Shown: positions 56,754 through 64,000 of the stretch, one piece after another
How positions within the stretch are numbered: the first letter of the stretch is position 1
Layout: every line of letters starts with the position of its first letter
Assembly (NCBI GenBank): GCA_963422735.1
Contig: OY730476.1
Coordinates: 960,001-1,024,000 of the forward strand
DNA length: 64,000 bases
Source of the DNA: Candidatus Latescibacterota bacterium
Lineage (GTDB): Bacteria; Latescibacterota; UBA2968; UBA8231
Direction: 5' to 3'
The notes under the pieces: generated by a model
Databases searched by the model: none
Told to the model about the DNA's origin: nothing
Seen by the model: only the letters and a program-made list of their open reading frames with translations
Made by a program: the position numbers and the translations under genes

Positions 56754-58718
56754 CTAAATACCTCTCGAACTTTGGGCTAGAATGTTTCCGATGAGTCGCG
56801 CCTGCTGCGCTTTCCACGAGCTGCGGCTAGCCCCTTCGCCCAGCGTACAGTTGATTCGCTCGACGCGACCGGCCCGACCGGGCAGGGGCGACTGCCTGAC
56901 GACCGCGGTCCCTGCACCAGAAAAGGCCACCGGTAACCCCCGCATCTGTGCTTGGAAGCGGGCCATGGCCTGGGTCATGCCGCGCAGGTCTGGCACGGCT
57001 GGTCCCTCTTTCTGCGGATGCTTGGCCGCTGGCTCGACCAACGAGCCGCCGGGTAGGCTGATAATCCGCTTCATCACCCGGCGGAAGGTCGGGGCTGCTA
57101 CGTATCCTCCCCATCCGTTCACACGGGGGTTTTCGACCATAATCACGCACGCGTACTGAGGATCGTCGGCCGGCAGAAAGCCGACGAATGAGGCGATGCT
57201 GGCGTTGGGGTCGTAGCCGCTGCCACCGGTTACAGCGCGCTGGGCCGTGCCTGTCTTTCCGGCCACGACCACGCCCTGGATGCGGGCCTTTTGCCCGGTG
57301 CCTTTTTCCACTACCCCGGTCAGTACCTCGCTCAGCGTCGCCGCAGTCTGCCGACTCACGACCCGGCGGATCGGCTGGGGGCCGCCGCGATCGTCGAGCC
57401 GACTGTCCGGGCCGATCGTTCCGGCGACGATCCTTGGTGCCATCAGCACACCGCCGTTGGCAATGGCCCCGTACGCCATGGCAAGCTGTAGGGCCGTCAC
57501 GCCGATTTCCTGCCCGATGGCGATGGTCGCCAGCGACCGCTTGGACCACTGATCGACCTCCTGTAATAAACCAGGTGTTTCCGCCGGCAAGTCAATGCCA
57601 GTGCGAATGGCAAAGCCAAAGTTGCGGATGTGTTCGTAAAAGCGGTGCCGCGACAGCCGCTGCGCCAACTTGATCGTGCCGATGTTGCTCGATTTTTCCA
57701 AAACCTGAGGAAAGAGCAGATCGCCGTGGGGCTGGACATCGTGGATGGTGTCCCCATTGGCCAACCTGAATGTCCCCCACTCGCAAAAGATGCGATCTTG
57801 CAGGCTAGTCAGACCGTCTTCAAGGACGGAGGCGGCCGCGACAATTTTGAAGGTCGAGCCGGGTTCGTACACGTCAGTTATCGCGCGGTTGCGCCTGAGT
57901 TCCGGCGACGATCGAGACGCCTTATTGGGGTCGAAAAGCGGCAGGTTGGCCATGGCCAGCACCTCGCCGCTGCGCGGGGCGATGATGACGCCCAAAGCAC
58001 CTTGGGCCTTTGAGCCGTCGATGGCCCGTTGTAGCTCTTCTTCTAGAATGCTCTGATAGACCACGTCGATGGTCAGCATCAGGTCGCGGCCGTGCTCCGG
58101 CTCTTCGCGTCGCTGATGCCGCCCGGGCACGTGCTCGCCCCGCGCATCGACGTATTCCAATATAGAGCCGTCCTTTTCGCGCAGTATGTCGTCGAAGGCC
58201 CGCTCAATCCCCTCGCGGCCGCTGTTGTCGATGTTGGTGTGCCCGATGAGTTGGCCGGCCAGCGGCCCCAAGGGGTACTGGCGGCGGGTCTCTGGGTGTT
58301 GGAATACGCCGGTGTACGCGACCTCGCCCACGTTTGCGTCAACTACCTGACGCGCCAGATAGATAAATTGCTTGTCCTCACGCAATTGACGCTCGATGAA
58401 CTCGGCCCGTTTATCGCTCAGGGGCGCGAAGTGGGCGGCTACGCGCTTGGGTTCCTCAACCTGATTGGGATAGGCGTAAAACGACGTGGCTTGGACATCT
58501 ATGGCCAAGTTGTTGCCGCGCCGATCTACGACCTGACCCCGGTTCGCCTTCAGTGTGCGACGCTTAAGGTACTGATCGCGGGCCTCGGCGCTGTACGCCT
58601 CGTGCCTGAAGATCTGGATTTGGACTAGGCGTGCGGACAAACCTAACCACGCCACCACGCCCAAAACTACGACCCAGCGCAGCCGACCAATGCCCGTATG
58701 TTGCACCCGTGGCCCCAT
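56754..58718 (-). CDS. ftsI: Class B penicillin-binding protein with a PASTA domain
   Basis: EPGSTFK, SSN, KTGT; C-terminal VPDLRGM. Confidence 0.93.
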   Translation of the reverse strand: MGPRVQHTGIGRLRWVVVLGVVAWLGLSARLVQIQIFRHEAYSAEARDQYLKRRTLKANRGQVVDRRGNNLAIDVQATSFYAYPNQVEEPKRVAAHFAPLSDKRAEFIERQLREDKQFIYLARQVVDANVGEVAYTGVFQHPETRRQYPLGPLAGQLIGHTNIDNSGREGIERAFDDILREKDGSILEYVDARGEHVPGRHQRREEPEHGRDLMLTIDVVYQSILEEELQRAIDGSKAQGALGVIIAPRSGEVLAMANLPLFDPNKASRSSPELRRNRAITDVYEPGSTFKIVAAASVLEDGLTSLQDRIFCEWGTFRLANGDTIHDVQPHGDLLFPQVLEKSSNIGTIKLAQRLSRHRFYEHIRNFGFAIRTGIDLPAETPGLLQEVDQWSKRSLATIAIGQEIGVTALQLAMAYGAIANGGVLMAPRIVAGTIGPDSRLDDRGGPQPIRRVVSRQTAATLSEVLTGVVEKGTGQKARIQGVVVAGKTGTAQRAVTGGSGYDPNASIASFVGFLPADDPQYACVIMVENPRVNGWGGYVAAPTFRRVMKRIISLPGGSLVEPAAKHPQKEGPAVPDLRGMTQAMARFQAQMRGLPVAFSGAGTAVVRQSPLPGRAGRVERINCTLGEGASRSSWKAQQARLIGNILAQSSRGI

Positions 58719-59017
58719 CAATCTCCTTCCCAATGCACCAATGCGCCATCCATGCCATCCACAGTTTCCGAGGGGTAGATCATGCCGAGCTGGCCGAAGG
58801 CCACTTTCTCGACAAAACCGGAGTTTTTCCGCACCGAGATGGCCGCCAATAGCTGGGTGCGCGCGCTGTCGAGTTCAACTATTTGCGTCTCAGCCGTGCT
58901 GATGTCGCCGGCCACCCGGGCCATTTCGACCTTTTGCCAGATGTGGAAGAGGGCCGCCCCGGCCAGCATCCCTATGAGGAGTACGCACTTCGCACAGGAA
59001 ATTCCGCCTTTGTTCAT
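58718..59017 (-). CDS. ftsL: FtsL-like cell division protein
   Basis: TM helix plus coiled coil, VEKVAFGQLGM.YP; lies between rsmH and ftsI. Confidence 0.7.
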   Translation of the reverse strand: MNKGGISCAKCVLLIGMLAGAALFHIWQKVEMARVAGDISTAETQIVELDSARTQLLAAISVRKNSGFVEKVAFGQLGMIYPSETVDGMDGALVHWEGD

Positions 59018-59018
59018 A

Positions 59019-59945
59019 TCAGCCTGCCTCGATTTTTTCGTAGATCCTCAAAACGGCGCTGCGCGCCCGAGTGTTTTGTTTGACCTCGGCCTCGCCCGCC
59101 CGCTGCAACTTGTGCCCCACTCGCTTAAACGACGGTTTCCGCCCGCAGGTGCAAACGGGCATGCGCGGCGGACAGATGCAGCCGCGCACCAGCTCCGCGA
59201 GATGCTGCTTGACCAACCGATCCTCCAAGGAGTGATAGGCCACGACGGCCAGTCGGCCGCCGGGCTTCAGCCACGCCTCCGCAGCCGTCAACCCCTTCTG
59301 TAACTGCCCCAACTCGTCGTTGACGGCAATGCGCAACGCTTGGAACACGCGCGCCAACGTCTTGTTGAGCATCTGGGGCCGCGTGGCCGCTACGGCCTGG
59401 CGCAAAGCCTGCGTAGTGGTCAAGGGTGCAAGCCGCTGCTGCCGGCAGATCGAGCGTGCGATACGACGTGCCGCGCGCTCTTCCCCGTAGCGCGCAATCA
59501 GCTCGGCCAGTTCGGCCTCGCTGCACGCCGCGATCCATCTGGCGGCTGTGGGGCCAATTTCCGCATCCATTCGCATGTCGAGAGGCCCGTCGGCCCGGTA
59601 GCTGAATCCCCGGGCCGGTGCGTCGATCTGATGTGAGGAAACCCCTAAGTCGAACAGAACTCCGCTCAACGGCCCGATCCCCTCCTGGGCCAGCAACTCG
59701 CTTAATTCGGCAAAGCGGCCTCGCCGCACGACAGCCCGCGTATCTGTTGCCAACCTCGCTCGCGCTACCGCTACGGCCTCCTGATCGCGATCCACTGCAA
59801 GCAGCCGCCCCTTGGGACCGAGAGCCTGAAGCAATGCCCAACTGTGGCCGCCACCGCCAGCCGTCGCATCCACGTACGCTCCGTCCGGATCGGCGACCAG
59901 CCCCGCGACCACTTCCGCAACCATGACCGGAATGTGGTACGCCAT
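59019..59945 (-). CDS. rsmH: 16S rRNA m4C1402 methyltransferase
   Basis: HIPVM, DLGVSS.QID, FQALRIAVN, YHSLEDR and RARSA motifs. Confidence 0.96.
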   Translation of the reverse strand: MAYHIPVMVAEVVAGLVADPDGAYVDATAGGGGHSWALLQALGPKGRLLAVDRDQEAVAVARARLATDTRAVVRRGRFAELSELLAQEGIGPLSGVLFDLGVSSHQIDAPARGFSYRADGPLDMRMDAEIGPTAARWIAACSEAELAELIARYGEERAARRIARSICRQQRLAPLTTTQALRQAVAATRPQMLNKTLARVFQALRIAVNDELGQLQKGLTAAEAWLKPGGRLAVVAYHSLEDRLVKQHLAELVRGCICPPRMPVCTCGRKPSFKRVGHKLQRAGEAEVKQNTRARSAVLRIYEKIEAG

Positions 59946-59968
59946 GTCGTTGCCAAGTCATCATGCGT

Positions 59969-60424
59969 TCACAGGTTGATGTCGATGTCCCCGAGTTCTC
60001 CCCCCACTTTTTCCATCGTCTCTTCCACTGCCGGAAACTCATCGCATTCGTCTGGATTCCAAAATTCCAACTTGTTTAAAACGCCGATGATCACCATCTG
60101 ACCGTTGATATTGGCCTTTTCTAAGAGTTTGCGCGGAATGCCGACCCGCCCTTGGCGATCCATTTTCACTTCCGCCGCATGCGAGAGCATAGAGCGAATA
60201 AATGTTCTCACCTCGCGTTTGGTCTGCGATAGGCTGAGCAGTTTGTGCGCCATTTCCTCCCAGATGTGTTGGGGATAGGCGGCCAAGCAGTGGTCGAAAC
60301 CCCGCACCACAACGAGCGTGTCGTCGGCTTCTGGCGGCAGTTTCTTGCGGAACTCCGCAGGCACAAAAATTCGCCCCTTGTCATCGATGGGAACCTCGTG
60401 TCTGCCTGTGAAAAACTGTGCCAT
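59969..60424 (-). CDS. mraZ: Transcriptional regulator MraZ
   Basis: DDKGR and DRQGR AbrB-like repeats. Confidence 0.95.
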   Translation of the reverse strand: MAQFFTGRHEVPIDDKGRIFVPAEFRKKLPPEADDTLVVVRGFDHCLAAYPQHIWEEMAHKLLSLSQTKREVRTFIRSMLSHAAEVKMDRQGRVGIPRKLLEKANINGQMVIIGVLNKLEFWNPDECDEFPAVEETMEKVGGELGDIDINL

Positions 60425-60454
60425 TTGATGCCCGCGCCAAGCTAAAACCTTCGT

Positions 60455-60488
60455 CCCACCACTTTCCACCACTTTCCACCACACCCCA
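60455..60488 (-). promoter_or_regulatory. MraZ-binding repeats
   Basis: GTGGTGGAAAGTGGTGGAAAGTGGTGGG with 10-bp period, between the promoter and mraZ. Confidence 0.85.
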
Positions 60489-60516
60489 AAATACATCTGT
60501 CTCAATGGGGCGTCAA
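60488..60516 (-). promoter_or_regulatory. Sigma70-type promoter of the dcw operon
   Basis: TTGACG-17 bp-TATTTT. Confidence 0.7.
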
Positions 60517-60562
60517 GCACAATTTTTTCTATGTTTTTCAGATAGATACGGCCATTTTAAAA

Positions 60563-60605
60563 GATATATACACAAGTTTGTGTATATATCACACAATATT
60601 GTGTG
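60563..60605. promoter_or_regulatory. Tandem palindromes ACACAA-N2-TTGTGT
   Basis: GATATATACACAAGTTTGTGTATATATC and CACACAATATTGTGTG, centres 21 bp apart. Confidence 0.6.
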
Positions 60606-60662
60606 CATCTCACTTACTACCTACTCTCTTTAATTATTGCCTCTACTGTCATCTTGACATAG

Positions 60663-60698
60663 AAAAGGGGCTGGCCATAGCGTGGTCCAGCCCCTTTT
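60663..60698 (-). terminator. Rho-independent (bidirectional-type) terminator after trmB
   Basis: AAAAGGGGCTGG...CCAGCCCCTTTT. Confidence 0.8.
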
Positions 60699-60718
60699 TG
60701 CGTGCTCGGTGGGTACCT

Positions 60719-61321
60719 TTACGCCGGTATCTTCTCCATGACCCGGCGATAGATCGGCTTGCCCTGTGCAAGGAACTTGTCTTCGTAATTCGTCCGTGCC
60801 CCCAACCACTCGACATCCGCCTCCACCAAGCACGGGCTGGTTTCCAGTGCGGCGAGCATGACATCGAAATAGTCGGCGTAATCCGTGGCTAACCACAACT
60901 GACCACCCACGCACAAAGTGCGCTCAACTTCGCGCAGAAAGTCCTCGTTAAAGAGTCGTCGCTTGTAGTGCCGCTTCTTAGGCCAAGGATCGGGAAAGTA
61001 GATGTGATAGGCCCGCACCGACGCAGCGGCCACGAAGAATTCGATGAATTCCCGCGCATCCAAGTGCGCGAATCGCACATTGCTGAGGTTGCGGCGCGCG
61101 GCGCGCTGGCAGGCAATGCGCAAGTATTTGGCCGCCCATTCGACTCCGACGAAATTCACTGTGGGCTGGCGGCTGGCCGCGTCGATGATAAAGCGCCCTT
61201 TGCCAATGCCGATTTCGACCTCCACCGGCTGGTCATTGCCAAAAACTTCCCGCCAATCCAACGTCGGATCCCGGTCTGGGCTATCCGGTAGCACCAGAAA
61301 ACCCTCTCCGGTCTGCTCCAT
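60719..61321 (-). CDS. trmB: tRNA (guanine-N7) methyltransferase
   Basis: EIGIGKG, FPDPWPKKRH.KRR, ATD and TNYE motifs. Confidence 0.95.
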   Translation of the reverse strand: MEQTGEGFLVLPDSPDRDPTLDWREVFGNDQPVEVEIGIGKGRFIIDAASRQPTVNFVGVEWAAKYLRIACQRAARRNLSNVRFAHLDAREFIEFFVAAASVRAYHIYFPDPWPKKRHYKRRLFNEDFLREVERTLCVGGQLWLATDYADYFDVMLAALETSPCLVEADVEWLGARTNYEDKFLAQGKPIYRRVMEKIPA

Positions 61322-61391
61322 CAAATTCTCCCCAAAGAAAAGGCGCTCCCTAGTATAGGGAGCGCCGCGCAAATAATACTGTGAATCGAGA

Positions 61392-62579
61392 TCAACCCGC
61401 GGCCTCGCTGTGCGAGGGCAAGCCGCAAAACTGCTCGTAGTCAATCAGCTCGGTGACGGTCGGGCTGTCGCCGCACACCGGGCACTCGCTGTCGCGCCGG
61501 AGCTTGAGTTCGCGGAATTTCATCTCCATCGCGTCGTAGAGCATCACCCTTCCCATCAAGGAGGTGCCCTGTCCCAACAGCAGCTTGACGACCTCGGTGG
61601 CCTGCATCAGCCCGATGATGCCAGGCAGGACCCCTAAGACCCCACCCTCGGCGCAGCTAGGCACCTCCCCGGGCGGCGGCGGCTCGGGATAGAGGCAGCG
61701 ATAACACGGGCCGTCCCCGGGCACGTACACGGTAGCTTGGCCCTCAAAACGAAAAATGCTGCCGTCAACCACGGGCTTTTTCTGCATTACGGCCGCATCG
61801 TTGACCAAATAGCGGGTCGGAAAGTTGTCGCAGCCATTGACCGCGATGTCGTAGCCATCCATGATCTCGAAAATGTTGTGCGACGTTAGCAGTTCGTAGT
61901 GCGCGTGTATCTCGATGCCGGGGTTGATGTCGAGCAACCGGTCGCGGGCGGCCTCGACCTTGGGCCGGCCGAGATCGGACTCTCCGAAAAGCACTTGCCG
62001 CTGCAAGTTGCTCTTATCGACGACATCGGCATCTACCAAGCCGATCTTGCCGACGCCGGCCGCGGCCAAGTACAGGGCCGTCGGACAACCCAAGCCGCCT
62101 GCCCCTACCAGCAATACCCGGCCCTTGAGCAACTGCTGCTGCCCCTTCTCTCCGACTTCGGGCAGGATGAGATGCCGAGCGTAGCGCTGCAAGTCCTCTT
62201 CGGAGAGCAGGCCACCCTGCTCGATGGCATAGCCAGCGTCCTTCCAGCCTTTGAAACCGCCGATCATGGACTTGGCATTGGTGTAGCCCATAAAGGCCAA
62301 ATCGCGCACGGCCAAGGCCGAGCGGTTGCCCCCAGCGCAATAGAGCACGATTTGCGCGTCGCGGTCTACGGTCACGTCTTCTTCGATGTTGAGCTCCAAA
62401 AAACCGCGTGGGATCAACTCGGCCCCGGGGATATAGCCGTCCATGACCTCTTCCCGCTCGCGCACATCTACGATGTGAACTGGCCGGCCGGCTTGGCGGG
62501 CCCCTTGGACTTCAGCCGGGGTCACTTCGGCGATTTCGGCCTTTACCCTCTCTAGTAGCTGATTGGATGTAACAGTCAT
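61392..62579 (-). CDS. moeB: Rhodanese-fused molybdopterin/thiamine adenylyltransferase (MoeB/MoeZ)
   Basis: N-terminal rhodanese YCAGGNRS; GAGGLG, SNLQRQ, CYRC and CPVC motifs. Confidence 0.92.
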   Translation of the reverse strand: MTVTSNQLLERVKAEIAEVTPAEVQGARQAGRPVHIVDVREREEVMDGYIPGAELIPRGFLELNIEEDVTVDRDAQIVLYCAGGNRSALAVRDLAFMGYTNAKSMIGGFKGWKDAGYAIEQGGLLSEEDLQRYARHLILPEVGEKGQQQLLKGRVLLVGAGGLGCPTALYLAAAGVGKIGLVDADVVDKSNLQRQVLFGESDLGRPKVEAARDRLLDINPGIEIHAHYELLTSHNIFEIMDGYDIAVNGCDNFPTRYLVNDAAVMQKKPVVDGSIFRFEGQATVYVPGDGPCYRCLYPEPPPPGEVPSCAEGGVLGVLPGIIGLMQATEVVKLLLGQGTSLMGRVMLYDAMEMKFRELKLRRDSECPVCGDSPTVTELIDYEQFCGLPSHSEAAG

Positions 62580-63748
62580 ACTCTCTCCTCAATTGCTAAT
62601 GCACAAGCGCGCAAGCACTCGACCTGCGCGACTGTGCAGTCGATGGCAAACTCTACTTCTGCCATAGTATTAAAACGCCCCAACCCAAAGCGCAGGGAAG
62701 CCCGGGCCAAATCGTCGCTTGCGCCGAGGGCTCTGAGGACGTGTGAGGGCGCACTCGTCCGCGATGAACAGGCTGCGCCCGAAGACAGCGCGATCTCGCG
62801 CAATCCCAAGAGTAGTTCGGTTCCGTCAACCCCGGAGAAACTCACGTTGAGGTTGCCCGGCAGGCGCTCTTCCGCGTGGCCGTTGACGACCAAGGGGCCA
62901 AGCGCGTCCTCCAGCCCGGCACATAGCCGCCGCCGCATCTGCACCAACCGCGCCGCTTCCGTGAGCATCTCCTCGCGCCCCAACTGACAAGCGCGTCCTA
63001 AACCGACGATGCCCGGCACATTGAGGGTGCCGCCACGTAGGCCGCGCTCCTGCCCGCCGCCCTCGACTTGAGCCTGCAAGCGCACACGCGGCTTGCGCGA
63101 GCGCACGTAGAGAAAACCGACGCCTTTAGGGGCATAGAGCTTGTGGCCGGAGGCCGAGAGTAGGTCGATGCCGTGCGCTTCCACATCGAGCGGCACCTTG
63201 CCGACGGCTTGGGCTGCGTCGCAGTGCCACAAGACGCCGTGCTCGCGAGCCAGCCGCCCAATCGCCGCCAGCGGCTGCAAGACCCCAATCTCGTTGTTAG
63301 CGGCCATGAGCGAGATGAGGACCGTCCGCTGAGTGATTGCCGCCGCGAGCTGGTCAATGTCGATCTGGCCGTCGCGGTCCACGGGCAAATAAGTTACCTC
63401 CACCCCTTGCTTTTCCAAGGTGTGGCAACACTCCAAGACGGCTTTGTGCTCAATGGCACAGGTGACGATGTGCGCTCCAGGGGGTGCCATCTGCACCACG
63501 CCTTTTATGGCCAAATTGTTGGCCTCTGTAGCTCCGGCCGTAAAGACGATCTCCTGCGCACGCGCACCGATCAATCCGGCAACCTCTTCCCGCGCCCTCT
63601 CGACGGCGGCGGCGGCTGCCAAACCAAAGGCGTGGGTCTTGCTGGTCGCATTGCCGAAGTGAGTGCCGAAGTACGGCAACATGTCCGCTAAGACGCGCGG
63701 GTCAACCGGCGTGGTGGCCATGTTGTCCATATAGACTGGAATTTGCAC
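62576..63748 (-). CDS. iscS: Cysteine desulfurase
   Basis: YMDNMATTP, SGHKLYAPKG and SSGAACSS motifs. Confidence 0.93.
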   Translation of the reverse strand: MQIPVYMDNMATTPVDPRVLADMLPYFGTHFGNATSKTHAFGLAAAAAVERAREEVAGLIGARAQEIVFTAGATEANNLAIKGVVQMAPPGAHIVTCAIEHKAVLECCHTLEKQGVEVTYLPVDRDGQIDIDQLAAAITQRTVLISLMAANNEIGVLQPLAAIGRLAREHGVLWHCDAAQAVGKVPLDVEAHGIDLLSASGHKLYAPKGVGFLYVRSRKPRVRLQAQVEGGGQERGLRGGTLNVPGIVGLGRACQLGREEMLTEAARLVQMRRRLCAGLEDALGPLVVNGHAEERLPGNLNVSFSGVDGTELLLGLREIALSSGAACSSRTSAPSHVLRALGASDDLARASLRFGLGRFNTMAEVEFAIDCTVAQVECLRACALAIEERV

Positions 63749-63758
63749 GGCCCGTCGA

Positions 63759-64000
63759 TCAGGCACTGAAGGACTCACCACATCCGCAGGTGGTGCGGGC
63801 GTTGGGGTTTTCGATCTTAAAGCCCGCCCCCATCAGCCCGTCGTGGTAATCGAGCGTCACGCCGCTGAGGTAGAGACCGCTCTTCATGTCGATGAAGACC
63901 TTGACGCCGGCGATCTCAAAGACGTGGTCCATGTCGCCGGCACTTTCCTCAAAATCCAGCTTGTACTGGAACCCCGAACATCCTCCACCCATCACGCCCA
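63759..64000 (-). CDS. iscA: HesB/IscA Fe-S assembly protein (5' end outside window)
   Basis: GGGCSGFQY and TCGCGESF motifs. Confidence 0.9.
   Translation of the reverse strand, partial: GVMGGGCSGFQYKLDFEESAGDMDHVFEIAGVKVFIDMKSGLYLSGVTLDYHDGLMGAGFKIENPNARTTCGCGESFSA

Noticed and set aside
60563-60605. NrdR box, parS, dif or oriC
   Set aside because: The spacer is 2 bp short for NrdR and no nrd genes are adjacent. There is no match to parS or dif consensus, and I saw no DnaA-box cluster.
61392-64000. iscS-moeB as a DNA phosphorothioation or ubiquitin-like defence system
   Set aside because: The context (iscA, trmB) is ordinary Fe-S and sulfur relay; no dnd, ssp, E2 or JAB genes are in the window.

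Overview
GC-rich bacterial chromosome window. The gene content (five PhyH dioxygenases, many sugar/sulfatase/sialidase-type genes) resembles Latescibacterota/Poribacteria-type marine or sponge-associated lineages; this is inference only. The left ~42 kb is accessory metabolism. Its spacers are often patchworks of short gene relics (ytrA, sulfatase, SDR, DUF1156, IS1595, hicBA, DUF3883, PaREP1). The right ~22 kb is housekeeping: iscA-iscS-moeB-trmB, then a dcw cluster (mraZ rsmH ftsL ftsI murE murF ftsW murC ftsQ ftsA ftsZ) lacking mraY, murD and murG, then purE-kptA-glnB-glnE. Best leads: (1) a GT2 + GT-C glycosylation cassette whose GT2 5' end is out of frame across a C16 tract; (2) a 24-unit heptamer array with 10 GATC sites inside a ~356 bp segment bounded by 19-bp inverted repeats between divergent genes; (3) a CX4CH lipoprotein-YceI-DUF5777 barrel operon; (4) an altered division module (shortened FtsA 2B, twin FtsZ tail motifs, tandem palindromic operator upstream of mraZ); (5) a DpnA-like methylase with a nonsense-inactivated MutH/Sau3AI nuclease. 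No rRNA, tRNA, CRISPR array or intact transposase was seen. All family calls come from motif recognition by eye, not database searches.
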